NCBI GenBank assembly: GCA_964247055.1
Contig: OZ176054.1
Span: 1,736,001 to 1,800,000, forward strand
Source: Paragordius varius
Taxonomy: Eukaryota > Animalia > Nematomorpha
Reading direction: 5' to 3'
Length of the DNA: 64,000 nt
Shown piece after piece: positions 14,001-26,708 of this stretch (the stretch's first letter is position 1; the number at the start of each line of letters is the position of its first letter). A model generated the notes under the pieces. It saw only the letters and a program-made list of their open reading frames with translations. It was not told where the DNA came from and made no database searches. The translations under genes and the position numbers were made by a program.

Positions 14001-17000
14001 TTTCGCATGATCAGATATGTTTGTGATCCAATCGAAAAATGAATTTTATAAAAAAAAAATTTTTTGTAAAATACCGCCGAATTCCGGCTTTGAAGTAGGG
14101 GTTTAGTGTGTTTAAGTAATTGCTTCAAATCAGGATGTATAATGGGACTTTTGTTATCCGCATCCATTTGAGTTTTATTAATTTTTTCCCCAATCTTGGC
14201 AAATATCACTGGTTTAACCTTAATAAATGAATAAAAAAAATATTTTTAATTTGCCAATAAAAAAAACTTGCAAACTATTTAATACAGATGAAATTAATAT
14301 TTAAATAACCGCTAGGGTGAAAAATAATTAATATGATTATTATCTCAAATATAACGGTTAAATGGATTGATTTAATATAAAATTAACAATCATTCATCGT
14401 GTTATAGCATAATATAAAGAGAGGTATTATTATATTTGAAAAGTTTTTTAGTTTTTAAAAAAGTGCAAAAACTAATGTACTTTTCAAAGCAAAAGAATTA
14501 AATAAATCAATCAAGTAGCTGCTAATTAATCAGTAAAATTTAAATAAAAATAAAATTAACCTGATCCGGTCTCAGTATAAGCCTTCGACAAGCGAATCTC
14601 GTCAACGTATAAATAACATTACAAATGGACCATTCATCGGCACTTTGTGAGGCAGATATCATAGAGGAGGTATTGGCCAAAGCATTCGTAAAGAAAACGC
14701 GCGTTATTTTAGCAAACACTCTGGGGGGGAATAAAGATAGATATACCATTTACAGTTCAGAATCACCCTTAAACAATTCAAATTCACCCTCGAACAATTC
14801 AAATTCACCCTAAAATAAATTGTGTTTTCGAACTATATAACTCATTATTAATGAGAAATATATCTTTATGGCATAGTTTATTATATTTTCAGTATTATTT
14901 AAATTTAAAACAAAATTTTTATTATTAAAAATATATAAAAATATTGGGTAATTTTTAATCTTAAAACATATATTTCGTTTGAGAGTGAATTTGAATTGTT
15001 CAAGGGTGTTGAATTGTTCAAGGGTGAATTTGAATTGTAAATGGTATAGTTTAATTTTTTCAACACATAAAATTTAACGCTTTTATATGTGAATTTTATA
15101 GATTAAATATATGCATACATGCATTATTAAAATACGGACAAATTTTTGTGTTTAACCGTCATGCGGCCACCATGAAAAAATGTCTGAAGGCCGCGAGTAA
15201 TTTCATATACAAAATTTACGAAATATAAAAAAAAAATTTTTTTTGATAAATCCTTCCAAACTTTGGCGATAAACTAGAAAATAATGCCCATATATTTTCA
15301 AATGCGGCCCGCGAAGCCATTTTAAATATCCGTAAACACTTTAATTTAAATCATAGCACTAAATAAACTATAATGTAATCATGTGTTTTAACAACTTAAA
15401 ATTAATGTAAACATTAAATAATATATTATGAAAAGTCATTGCAAAGATTAGTAAATTCACGTTTAATATAAGTAGCCATATAAACATATTTTCCCAACAA
15501 TATCTATATAGTGTAAAAATATTTTTATTACAAGAATTTGATTGAATAAAGGTATTTCTAGATAATAAAAAGTTTATTATATAACAAAAAAATGAACTTA
15601 TTGTTGATTTTCAAGTTTTACTGTATAATTATGTTGAACTGTGATATTTAAAAAAATATATTAAAAAATCAAAAAACATACGTACCTTTTCAATATATCA
15701 TCGCGTTCAGGGCAGATATTATCAAATGCTACTATAGCGCTCCCAATAACCAGCTAAACAAAAATCAAACCATTATTATTTAATATAATTAATTAATTAA
15801 TTAATTTTTTTTAACATAAAATATTTCATACTGTCGATATATCAGTCAATAATTTTTCAATGACTTCAATCAAAGTGTCACGCATTTCTGGATCCAATCT
15901 AACAAGAGAATAAGATACAATGCATATATAAATATGTAAGTGAATTTTATATAATTATATCAAATCAATAAATAAAATGATGACCAGATATGCTTTTTTA
16001 ATTTTTATAACAAAAAAAGGTAAATAAAGATATCTTTGGAGAATTAAATATATATCGAAAAACACAAAAACAAAATAGGCACATATAAACTAACTTTAAC
16101 AATGGCAGTTTTATAACTAGCAGCTCATTTAAAAATCGAAAAAGTGCAAAATAATCACCATAGTTTTAAACTTCTTAAAGCTATTTTGTCTTCTATAATA
16201 ACTAAAAAAATTAAGCAAAAATGCAAAAAAAAGAGTTACTTATAAAGTTTTGGCAAAGCAAGGGCAGTAGTTTTCCTGACATAAGGTGACATATCCATCA
16301 TACCCTCTTTAATAGCTAACAACATAATGGGAGCTATCATGGGAACACGAATGCTGGACAAAACTCGAAGTGCCGATGCTCTTATCAGTTGATTTGGGTC
16401 CTTATAAAATTATTTTTTGTAATAAAAATTTTTAATTTGGGTGTCCTTCTTAATTGTAAATATACAGTGAAAATTGAAATTGTACGGACAAAACGTAAAA
16501 ATATAGAGGCTTTCTAAAAGACAACCATAGTTTTTCCATATGAATTTTTTTCAATATAACATATTGTTCAAAATAGAGATATATATTATGTATATTACAA
16601 TTATATTTGAATGTTTTTTAGAGGATATATTAAGGATTTACAAAAGTATGGTTTTCTTTTGTAAAAATTCTTTATATTTACGTGTTGTTCCGTATAATTT
16701 TAATATATACTGTAAAATTATTTTTTTGTTTATATTAACAATTATTCCTGAATATTGCCAGATTGATAGCATTAAGAGCAGAGAATCTTGTAAAAAAAAA
16801 TGGCAAAATAAAAAAATCAATTGTTTAAAACGAAAATTGATAAATATCACTACATAATTTTTATCGTGAGACCAATCGCCAAAAAAATTTTCTTGAATAT
16901 TTAAAAATATGTAAAGACTCTTGAAATTTTATGTACAATTTATTTTTTTAGTAGTATTAATCCAAAAATAGTAAAATATTTTCCTTATATTATAAAATAT

Positions 17001-18324
17001 TATGAGTTTAAAACTTTTTATGCGACTTTTTTCTATTTCTTAATAAAGTTTAATAAAACGAAAATTTTTGTTTAAAAGAAATATTAATATTCAATTATTG
17101 GTCAATTCAAAGATTTTATTTAAATTTGATCTATTTTCATGTGCTATAGTAGTTTTAAAACCAATGTGCCTATTTGAGTTTTGTGACACGTGCGAAAAAC
17201 ATTATTAAGTCGGGTCCATTATAAAAATTGTCATTTGAATATATCAATAAAACTATAAAAGTATAACCCTTAATATTTCTCTAGCGTATGGAGTAAAACA
17301 ATATTAGTCCATAGAAGAATAAAAAATGTTTTTTTAAAAAAACATTATTAACAAATAGGATTGTTTTTTTAAAAAAACATTTTTTTATTGTTCTATGGAC
17401 TAATATTGTTTTACTCCATACACTATTGTATATATAATAATACGATTCTAACTTGGTCGAAACAAAGTTAATTTCATACAAACTCAGCATATGATAATTG
17501 GAAATATCATTTACCACATCTAGTACACTTTTTGATATGTTATTTATTTTCGGAGAAATAATAATTATCGTTATAATAAACTAAATATTATATTACAACT
17601 TATATTTAAAATAAAGTCTAGAAAGGTGGTTGGCTCGGCAAATTTATAAAAACTACCCAACAGTTTAATTGATTCGTTCCATTTCCAGATCATTCAAAGA
17701 CAATTAAGTTATTTATTAATATTTTATTATTATGCCCATAAAAATTTAATTTACAGCTGGCTTTTTAAATTATAATAATTTTAATATAAAATAAAACAAC
17801 TAGTAAAAGACAAATCAATATTATTATTATAATGAATGTTTGATACCTTAAGTCCTTTTTGAAAGGTACTTATCGACAAAAGTGCCAAGTCTTGTTGTTC
17901 TTCTGCATAACGCACCAAATAAACATAAACCAACTTTTTAACCTTAATAAAATAATATAATACATATAATTTTAAACAAAAATATTACATATTTAATGAT
18001 TCTTAAAAAGTTTACTTCAATATTTTTTGAGGCAACGTTTTTAACCACGGCTGGGAATAAATGTGCTGCATTTTTTCCTTTTGCTACCATCTACATAAAT
18101 AACATTATACACAATATAATTTACCCCAATAATTCGTTTCATCGCCTCCAATTTTAATGAATCTTTATTGTTATCCAACATTTCTTTTAAATCTTCATGC
18201 CTATAGCGACAAATAAAATTGGTGTATATCACCTTTTATTGGCACTTCCAAATATTTTATCGGTTTTTTCGGAGCCAAATTCCATCTTATCAGGATAAAA
18301 ACTTTCCGTAATTTCTCGTATCAT
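2072..18324 (-). CDS. AP3B1: AP-3 complex subunit beta, 29 exons, ~1429 aa
   Basis: Exons: 18324-18233, 18200-18125, 18090-18016, 17942-17847, 16400-16240, 15898-15832, 15753-15686, 14720-14561, 14218-14075, 13721-13624, 13544-13484, 13167-13096, 12964-12902, 12416-12284, 11959-11901, 11217-10974, 10523-10393, 10082-9967, 8510-8199, 7886-7569, 6696-6539, 5616-5497, 5170-5069, 4832-4774, 4596-4372, 4011-3742, 3469-3427, 3332-3084, 2589-2072. All GT-AG, phases match, total 4290 nt. Motifs: [84 protein letters not shown], clathrin-box-like LLLDLD in the hinge, MGIDF, EKLTGM-like ear motif. Hinge exons are less certain. The B1/B2 split is vertebrate-specific. Confidence 0.95.
5715..6010. mobile_element. 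Degraded Tc1/mariner-like MITE (family E)
   Basis: GGACAAAACGTAA near the left end and TTTTGTACGTACGAATTTCAATTTTTACTG-TA at the right, as in copies at 16465 and 63275. Confidence 0.55.
7176..7552. mobile_element. MITE family A1 (TATACCATTT termini, 21-bp subterminal tandem repeats), full length
   Basis: Begins TATACCATTTACAA, ends CTGTAAATGGTATA; each arm has 3-4 copies of AACAATTCAAATTCACCCTTG or its reverse complement; close match to 52995-53310. Confidence 0.9.
9150..9480 (+). pseudogene. Decayed non-LTR (LINE) reverse-transcriptase fragment in AP3B intron 18
   Basis: [16 protein letters not shown] from 9342 resembles QGSxLSPxLFxIYINDL; IHYVDDMVF from 9443 resembles the YADD motif. Frameshifted, with stops. 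Confidence 0.5.
10632..10926. repeat. Two-copy tandem duplication, unit ~151 bp, in an AP3B intron
   Basis: GAAAATAATTCAAAACAAAGGGCTTAG...TAATCACCAACATATT starts at 10632 and again at 10784. Confidence 0.85.
11380..11495. mobile_element. Truncated MITE family A1 copy
   Basis: TTAAACAATTCAAATTCAC followed by the family core GGGCTAATATAAC...ATGGCATAGTTTA; termini missing. Confidence 0.6.
12490..12878. mobile_element. MITE family A2 (same terminus, 21-bp repeat variant AACACTTCAAGTTGGTCCTTG)
   Basis: Left ACCATTTG..GAAGTTGGTCCTT; right AAGGACCAACTTGAAG..AAATGGTATA; makes up 389 of a 485-nt intron. Confidence 0.7.
13208..13456. mobile_element. MITE family A1
   Basis: TATACCATT...GTAAATGGTATA with family core; makes up 249 of a 316-nt intron. 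Confidence 0.85.
14742..15048. mobile_element. MITE family A1
   Basis: TATACCATTTACAG, 21-bp repeats in both arms, ends TTGTAAATGGTATA. Confidence 0.9.
16465..16712. mobile_element. Tc1/mariner-like MITE (family E), TA TSD
   Basis: TA|CAGTGAAAATTGAAATTGTACGGACAAAAC ... GTTGTTCCGTATAATTTTAATATATACTG|TA. Confidence 0.75.
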
Positions 18325-18420
18325 ATGTGCGTGTTAAAAGGTGGTGTTGGGTGGTATAAATGAATGCCAAAAATTCATGTGCTTTTTTCAAATTCAAATC
18401 ATTTAGAATAAATTTTTATT
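18325..18420. promoter_or_regulatory. Putative bidirectional promoter and 5' UTRs shared by AP3B (-) and USP39 (+)
   Basis: Only 96 bp separate the two divergent first in-frame ATGs; contains a GT-rich patch GGTGGTGTTGGGTGG followed by TATAAA. Confidence 0.7.
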
Positions 18421-21411
18421 ATGGTAATTGAAAAGAACGACAAAAATATTGAGATGGACACGGTTGAATCCGATTTGAAAAGAAAACATGACGATATCGC
18501 TTCAACTTTTGATGAAGAAAAAGTTTATCGAAAACAATTGGTCGTACCTGGAACGAAATGCCCTTTTATCGACACCATAAATAGGTAGATTACTAAATAT
18601 GATAATTTAGATCAGTGTTAGATTTTGACTTTGAAAAATTGTGTTCCGTATCATTATCACATTTGAATGTTTATGCTTGTTTGGTTTGTGGAAAATATTT
18701 TCAAGGTATATTGAATTTCTTTTTGTTATATTATCCTTAATTATAATCCTATTGTTTTTTATGCAATAGGCCGAGGTCAAAAGAGCCATGCTTATACCCA
18801 TAGTGTTCAAATGGGCCATCACATGTTTATAAATTTACACACCTTAAAATTTTATTGCCTTCCTGATAATTACGAGGTTGTGGACAGTTCTCTCGATGAT
18901 ATAAAGGTTTACTAAATGTTTTTATGAGATAATTTATTCAACTAAAAAATTATATATTTAGAAAGTGAACATAATAATTGCTAAATGTTATGCATTAGCT
19001 TTCTTTTTTCAACCTCAAAATTTATATCTTTTAAAACCTTTTAATAGCTTTAAAATATATTTAGTATGTTTTGGATCCTACATTTACCCCAGAACAAGTC
19101 ACAAATTTGGATAAAAATGACAAACTCTCTCGGGCCTACGATGGCACTCTCTACCTTCCAGGTATCGTGGGACTGAATAATATCAAAGCAAACGATTACT
19201 GCAATGTAGTTTTACAGGTAAATATACATAAGATATTTGATTTTAAGTTTAACTATCCTAAAATTTTAGAACATTTAATTTTCCTCAACTCATTTTGCTT
19301 AAAAAAATATTTATTAATTATAATTATTATTATTGATTCAAATAAAAAACCAGAAAATTTTAGAGTTCCTAGTTTTATTCAAAAAAAACAAGCCTTAATG
19401 ACTATTAAAATTAACATTTTCAAGTAAAAAATGGTTTTTAAACAAAAAATATGGATGTATTAACCTAATGTTTCCGGAAAAATTAACTCTATATATATAT
19501 ATAACAAAATATAGTTTTTTATGCTCTCATTTTTTCAATTACACTGGACAACAAATTTTTCTGCCACTCGAGTTTTTTGCATTTTCTGATATTTAGTATC
19601 ATTCTAACAGTAAATCCAAAATAAAAATTATTACCCGATGGAAGAGTTTTGTATAATTTGATTTTTTTGATTATGCGCCCTCTTTATCAAAATTTTACTA
19701 AAAAATGTTTTTCTTTGAAAATATACAAGTAATGCCCATTTGTAATATATCATTCGAAAGAGTAATAAAAACTCTTTAAAATGCATACTAATATGTATTA
19801 CATCGACAGTTAATATTGGACACAAAGAGCGACAAACGCGCGAAGCGAGAGCATTTTTTTTAATTATTATATTTTTAAAACTAATGGATGAAAATAGCTC
19901 AAACTTTGTTTATGTGATGAATGTCCAAAAAATATAACACAAGAAAGTTTTTTTGATTAAAACATTTTTTTATTGCTTTTATGTCACTCAAAACAGCCAT
20001 TTTTAAGTTTTTTGTTTTTTAAAAATTACCATCTCATCAATATTTATTTATTTTCTTTACGGGGCTGATAATTTCGAAATTTTAAAGATAAAAACAAAGT
20101 TTAAGGTATTTTTGATCTTTTATAGCCATTATGTAATAAATTTATAGTTATAACTATGCATTTTATTATCCACTAGGTAAAATATTTATGATAATAATAA
20201 TTTGTATTAAAAAAGCAAACCAGAAGCTTTTTCAAACATTTTTTTTAAATTAAATACTAATATAACCCTAATAATTATATTAAAATAATTTATATGATTT
20301 TCAAATTAACTTGTCTGTGAAAATTCTTGACTTATTTAAGGATTGAAAATTTCGACCATTTAAATCCAAATAACTTTTACATCCGATTGATTTAAATGAC
20401 TTACTACCATTTAAAAGATGCAGTTTTTTGAGCTCTTTCGAATGATATAAAATACATGGCTTAATATTTAAAACTTTTTATTTTCGAAATTTCGAGTTTA
20501 ATGTTAAATCGGGACCAAAAATTATCGATTAACTCTAATATAAAAAAATTCTTTCATGCTAGACCAATTTTCTTTTCAGATATACTAATTATGTACTTTA
20601 ATGAAATAAATTTTAAATTTACAAGAATGGCAGTTAAAAAAAGTTAAAATTTGTTGTCTAGTGTTATATATATATCGTTATTAATAAGTCGCTATCTCAC
20701 GTTTCTCCACTCCGTGATTACTTTTTACGGCCAACGAATTATGAGGGGACAGTTAGACCAGCCGGTGATATAAGCTTTCTGGTAGTTTCTCGATTCGGTC
20801 AATTACTTCGAAAGCTTTGGAATCCGAAAAATTTTAAGGCTCATGTTAGTCCACACGAAATGCTTCAGGCCGTTGTGCTTTGCAGTAAAAAACGTTTCCA
20901 ATTCACGGTTCAAGGTATTGATTGATTATTGATTTGATTGCCTTTAAAAATGAAATAAAAAAAAGATATCTTTCGTAATACATATATATGTACTATTTTT
21001 CAGTTAAAAGCAGCATTTTAGTTGTCTTTGATTGCAAAAAATGTGTTTCGTTTGTTGGAAAAAAAATTGTTTTGGCTTGAAAAAATGTTCCGTTTGGGTG
21101 ACAAAATGTTGCTTTTGATAAATGAAAAATGGTATATATATATATCCATAATTTTGTTTTTTCATGATATTCTGCCCAAATAAACAATTCTAAATTTTAG
21201 TTAAAACCTCCTTTAACAGCTGACTCATCTAAAAAATGCCTTATGTAATGTAATTTAAATTAGAGCGCATTCATAACAAGTTATTAAAGAAGATCGATAA
21301 AATTTTTAGTGTTTAAATAACTGTATTTCGTTGATGTATTTTATTGGTATTTCCATCATGTTTTTTTACAGTTTTGAATAACTTTTATTTTAACCGGTGT
21401 TTATATATGAA

Positions 21412-21442
<31 letters not shown>

Positions 21443-24400
21443 AATACCTAAAAAATTTTAACTACATTTATTAATTAACAACCTTTATATATTTCAATTT
21501 TGAGATTTTGATGATGCTTAATAAATAACCCCCCCAAAAAACAGGTGATCCGGTCGAATTTATATCATGGCTCCTGAATGCATTTCATTTGGCCTTAAAT
21601 GGGACAAAAAAACGTGATAGCTCAATCATTTATAAAACATTTCAAGGTGGTATGAGAGTTTATAGTCGAAAAGTTCCACCCTTACATATGGTATTCAGCT
21701 TTATTCATTAAATAATTATTTCAAAATTTCTGTAAAATTGAAATATTTATCATTTTTTTACAAATTTAATTCTGTATAACAGAGTGAGGAAGAAAAGATA
21801 GAACTTTTGCTGACTGAAGAATACAAGGGTAATGCTATGAAATTTTTGTGTATTAAGATAGGCATATATGTATATATATCATTTACACCTTAAATACACT
21901 TAAACAATTTTATTTCATTCTCGAACAATTTAAATTTACCCTAATATCAATAATGTGTTATAAAAATTACCTATATTTTTTTTATTTTAAAAAAAATAAA
22001 ATTTTGCTTAAAATTAAAATGATAAACTATGCCGTAAAGAAATGTTTATATAAATAATGATTCATATTAGCCCGAAAACACATAATTTATTATTAGGTGA
22101 ATTGTTCAACGGTAAATTTGAATGGTTTAACGATGAATTTGAATTGTTCAAGGGTGAAATGGAATTGTTCAAGAGTAAATTTGAGTTGTAAATGGTTACT
22201 TTTACTTTGTAGGTTTTAAAATATTTGCTTAAGATACTCAATTTTAACACCAATTTTATAAGTATAATCAAAACTAGTTTGTTTTTATCAAGGATGTCAA
22301 ACACGCTTTGTTCCATACACAAAAGTCCTCTTAAAATGTTGGTAAAAATGAAAAATTGGATTTTTATCAAAAATTTACGATTATTTATAGAAGATATGTC
22401 ATCCAACTCGGACTTAAAATATATAAAAAACCATTACATAGCAGATCACAGAGTTGTGTTAGACACCCATGTTATATATATATTACATCTCAAATACACC
22501 CTTGAACAATTTTATTCTCGAACAATTCAAATTCACCCCAAAAATATATTATTTGTTTTCGGGCTAATATAACTAACTCATCATTAATATGAGTTATTTC
22601 TTCATAGCATAGTTTATTATTTTTTCAGTAGTATTATGTTAATAATTTCAAACGAAATTATATATATATATAATTTTTAATGTGAATTCAAAGTGTAAAT
22701 GGTATAGGTATAAATTTAAATCATACTTTATTGTCTTTACTTTTTACGCGCGACAGAACGGAGAGAAGATATTCCATTCCTGTATTTAGCAGTTGATTTA
22801 CCGCCCCCGCCTTTGTTTAAGGACGAACTCGAGGGTAATATAATACCCCAAGTCCCTATACACCAATGCTTGGCCAAGTTTAATGGTATGACTGAAAAAG
22901 AGTATAAAACGTACAAGGATAGTACGATAAAACGGTTTGAATTAACAAGGTTACCACCATACCTTATACTTTGTTTCAAGGTATATAGTTTAGTTTAGTT
23001 TACTCTCTTTTAAAAGGAATTTGGTTGCATAATTATATCTCTATTCATTCTCATCATTTAGAGCTTTTTTCTCGATTTTCAAACAAAATTTTGTTTCAAG
23101 TTAGTGTTTGTTTGAGTTTTAGTTTTTTTTACCAAAATTATTTTGTTTGATAAGTATAAATCTATACTAAACTCACCCTCAAACAATTAAAATTCACCCT
23201 GCTAAAAATAAATTATGTGTTTTTGGGGTAATATAACTTATATTATATTTTTTGTATTATTATGTTTTCTGTAATATTATGTTAATTTTTAACGAAATAA
23301 GTAATTTTTTATATGTATTTTAAAATATAAATGATTTTAGGGTGACATTCAATATATACAAAGGTTACTTCGAAGTGTAAATGCTATATATCTATATATA
23401 ATAGACCCCATTTGTAATAAATTGTGTATAAAATGTACAGCACAATAAGGCTACGACCACACTTTATTGTTTCAAGGTTTAGTTTTAGGCTTTTTATATG
23501 ATACACTACAAATTTTTGCTTCACATGTTAAATGTAACTGTTTATGATTCAGTATAACACGTATTAACTAACGTGTTTTCTCCTCTACAGTATTAATATT
23601 GATTCGATAAAATATAAATTTTTTTGATTTTTTTATTTTGGCTAATAACAGAAAATTACATAAGTTTATTTCTTGTAGTTTATTAAATTTAGCATATCGG
23701 GATTCGTCATATCATTGTTCAAGCTATGCCTTTACATGCCTTTTTAAATAGAATTCTCAAAAGTCATTTTTGGTCCACATTTAATTAAATATTAAATTTA
23801 TTTCCAATAACCAATTTGGGATTTATCAAAAAGATATATATTGCATTTAATAATAATGTAATGTTTAAAAATCGATTTACTCTCTGTTGGTTTGGCCAGG
23901 TTAAACCAATTTTAAAAGGTCACTAAATTACCTTTAATATATTTATTTATTTATATTTTTAGAGATTTACCAAAAACAATTTTTACCTCGAAAAGAATCC
24001 CACCATAGTCAATTTCCCCATACAGTATGATTTTTTTCCAATACAATATAATTTTTTTTAAAAAAAATCCAAAACTATTATTTTGAAGGATATAACAATA
24101 AATGATAATTGAATTTAAGTTACCATACCTAATATAAAGCTTTAAATGTTGTTTTTAAAATGTTTGGCATTGGATGAAACATTATACTTATTAAAGTTGA
24201 TAATAAATATACCATATTCTGTCAAAAGCAGCATTTTTAATTCCTTGGATGGAAAATATTCCGTTTATTGAAAAAGTGTTGCTTTTGTCTGAAAAATGGT
24301 ATACCATTATTATGTGGAAATAAATGATCTTTAATAATTAAATAAAAAGATGATATTTTTAACATTTATTTTTTATCTTTCTTTACCTGATAGGGATATT

Positions 24401-25110
24401 GAAATGGCCGAATATATCTGTTCAGATCCTGCGATTCAAGATGCCAATCCTCACACGAGTTATGATTTGATCGCTAACATAGTTCATGACAGTTTACCTG
24501 GTCAAACTAAAGGAACCTATCGAGTCCATATTCTACATAATGTAAAAATTTCCATATAATTTATATGGATTTACTTTTTTTCCATTCCAAAAAGAAGATT
24601 GGTATTTTTATTGTAGCGCGCCATACATTAATTTTTTGTTGACTTTTGTTTGTCACATATTTTTGATAATAAACTCATTCTTTGAAATATGCTATCCTTT
24701 TTATATAACTTTATAGATATTATGTAAAATGGCCACAATCAATTTATCAAAGAGATGATATTTTTATATTCATATAAACTAATAGTAGGGTTAAAACGTA
24801 GTATATCCAATAACTAACACAAAAAATTATAATTTTAGAGCGAAATTCATTAATTTTATTTAAATTTTGGGTTATGTTTTAAATTTAATGTTATCGTAAT
24901 GTAATTTATGTATATTTACTAATATACTCTAGTATAATCAAAGGTATATTCATGTATTTTTTAATTAAATTATTCATTATTTTTTATATACCATAGGGCA
25001 CGGGGAAATGGTATGAATTACAAGATTTACATGTAACTGAAATACTTCCACAAATGATTACATTAACTGAAGCATACATACAAATTTATAAATTAAATAC
25101 TGATAAATAA
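18421..25110 (+). CDS. USP39: U4/U6.U5 tri-snRNP-associated protein 2 (Sad1/USP39 pseudo-deubiquitinase), 11 exons, 504 aa
   Basis: Exons: 18421-18584, 18611-18705, 18770-18906, 19065-19217, 20689-20914, 21545-21690, 21783-21828, 22757-22980, 23963-24024, 24394-24541, 24997-25110 (1515 nt). ZnF-UBP CPFIDTINRSVLDFDFEKLCSVSLSHLNVYACLVCGKYFQGRG; LPGIVGLNNIKANDYCNVVLQ; KLWNPKNFKAHVSPHEMLQAV; RFTKNNFYLEKNPTIVNFP; KWYELQDLHVTEILPQMITLTEAYIQIY. Confidence 0.97.
20989..21136. mobile_element. MITE family A3 (short, TATACCATTT-type termini, CAAAAGCAGCATTTT subterminal motif)
   Basis: TACTATTTTTCAGTTAAAAGCAGCATTTT ... AAAATGTTGCTTTTG..GAAAAATGGTATA; matches 24208-24303. Confidence 0.7.
21875..22197. 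mobile_element. MITE family A1, diverged
   Basis: Degenerate 21-bp arms and family core; ends GTTGTAAATGGT. Confidence 0.75.
22477..22706. mobile_element. MITE family A1, internally deleted
   Basis: CCCTTGAACAAT..CGAACAATTCAAATTCACCC, core TTTCGGGCTAATATAAC, ends GTGTAAATGGTATA. Confidence 0.75.
23163..23388. mobile_element. MITE family A1, diverged
   Basis: ACTCACCCTCAAACAATTAAAATTCACCCT ... TAGGGTGA..GTGTAAATGCTATA. Confidence 0.65.
24208..24303. mobile_element. MITE family A3
   Basis: TATACCATATTCTGTCAAAAGCAGCATTTT ... GTTGCTTTTGTCTGAAAAATGGTATA. Confidence 0.75.
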
Positions 25111-26708
25111 ATTTTCTATATATTTCTATACAATTAATGGTTAGTCTATGGAAGAAATTTATATATATTAATACTTACATATGAAAAATTTTTTAGAAAT
25201 ATAAAATATATATGCCATTTTGTTTAACTATAACCGAGCAATTTATTTTGAATCCACTAAGTTCAATAATGCCGAAAAAATACGTTAAAGTAAAAAAAAT
25301 TTATCTTATAAATTATGGTCAAATTTGATTATATAAAATTACAAATTATACATGTTTTAATTGGCTATGAATATAATTTAAAAAAGCTTTTCCTAATTAT
25401 ACTCAATTATAAACGCGTGACAGGACCAAATTATTAAACAATATTAATGTATTTAAATAATAAAAAATGCCGTTTGATTTATTAAATTTTATTTGGCGAG
25501 ATCATCCATGTATAGAGCAGTTATAAATTTAAAAACAAACACTCTACGAGTTCCCAATTAATAATTGAATGAAAATATCGTAACATGTTTATTAAAAAAG
25601 TTATTTTTCTTTTATAATTTCAGGTGACACTCTGAAAACGAAAGATACTGTAAAATAGTCCAAATTAAGTTAGTTTAAATAAAAATTATATTTATACGTA
25701 CGAAAGGTAAAAAATATAAAGATATATTTTTTAAAAGACCGCTGAACTTTTGTAATTCCTAACTTTTCCTATATAAAATTTTTGATTACAATTTTAAAAT
25801 ATATCATTGATTGGGTTGCCAATACACAACACTATTACATAATTTACACATTTAAACTGAATCTATATTATAAAAAACAAGTTTTAAAAAGTACATTGAG
25901 GTTAATAAATCTTTTTACAATAACTTAGCCAAATATCATATATTTTTCCAATCATTACAAACTTGGAAGTATATTTTTAACTTTTATTATTTAACGTGTT
26001 CTCTACAGTCCTAATTTTGATTTTGTACCACTCTATGAGTAAAACCGACATACAAAAAGGAATAATCTATTATTATCCGTGTATAAATTATTTTTTGGCA
26101 CAATTATAACATTACGATCTCGACATTAGAAAGAAAGTGTGAAGACAGTGATTTTTTAATTATTAATTATTTATTAACTAGTTTGAATTTATGTATAAAA
26201 TCGACAACTATACGAATAATTGCATCGATTTCATGCCGTGGCGTAATCTTAAGGGTGTAAATTATCAGGATAATTGACAAAAACCACTCGACATCTAAAC
26301 AACACATTTATAAATGAAATTTTGGGGCTTAATTTTTAATAGTAATTATGTTTCAAAGAAAACACACTATACATTTTTACATATAAAAAGATATGGCAAA
26401 AGTTTGAAGAAAAATTAAATTTTTGAAAAGTTCCATTGCATTTAATTAATCGGTTTTACTGTAAATAATGCATTTGTATTATATGATATTGAATTTGCTT
26501 AAATGGTATCGTTAGTATTTTAGAAGAATTTTAAGGGACATGTTGGTCGAGATTTTTTTCAAATTTTTAGGGCATTGTTACGTTAAACAATACCTCATGC
26601 ATGAACCTTTAGGAATCAAGAACATATGGCATTTTTTCGACAATGAAATGTAAAGCATAATGTTTAAACAATTTTTTTGATTTAAATGTTATGTATAATT
26701 GAAATTAA

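Noticed and set aside
14625-14813. ORFs encoding NNSNSP repeats (also 22062-22406, 22225-22572, 30304-30525)
   Set aside because: Translations of the 21-bp MITE repeat or antisense of real exons; no independent coding signal.
16540-17517. I/F/K/Y-rich 60-105 aa ORFs in introns and intergenic DNA (also 11583, 13722, 31641, 37699, 62572 and others)
   Set aside because: Composition typical of chance ORFs in ~80% AT DNA; several overlap MITEs.
19185-19217. USP39 NDYCNVVLQ Cys as a restored catalytic cysteine
   Set aside because: The nucleophile position is still Asp; the Cys is two residues downstream and, as I recall, common in invertebrate USP39.
19825-19855. CGCGCGAAGCG motif and the ACACCCTAGTCTAGGGTGT hairpin (31171-31189) as Helitron ends
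   Set aside because: Too short, with no matching opposite terminus or second copy found by eye.
25624-25660. Alternative USP39 last exon after the TTTCAG acceptor
   Set aside because: No compatible donor inside coding exon 11, which already ends in a normal stop after the conserved C-terminus.
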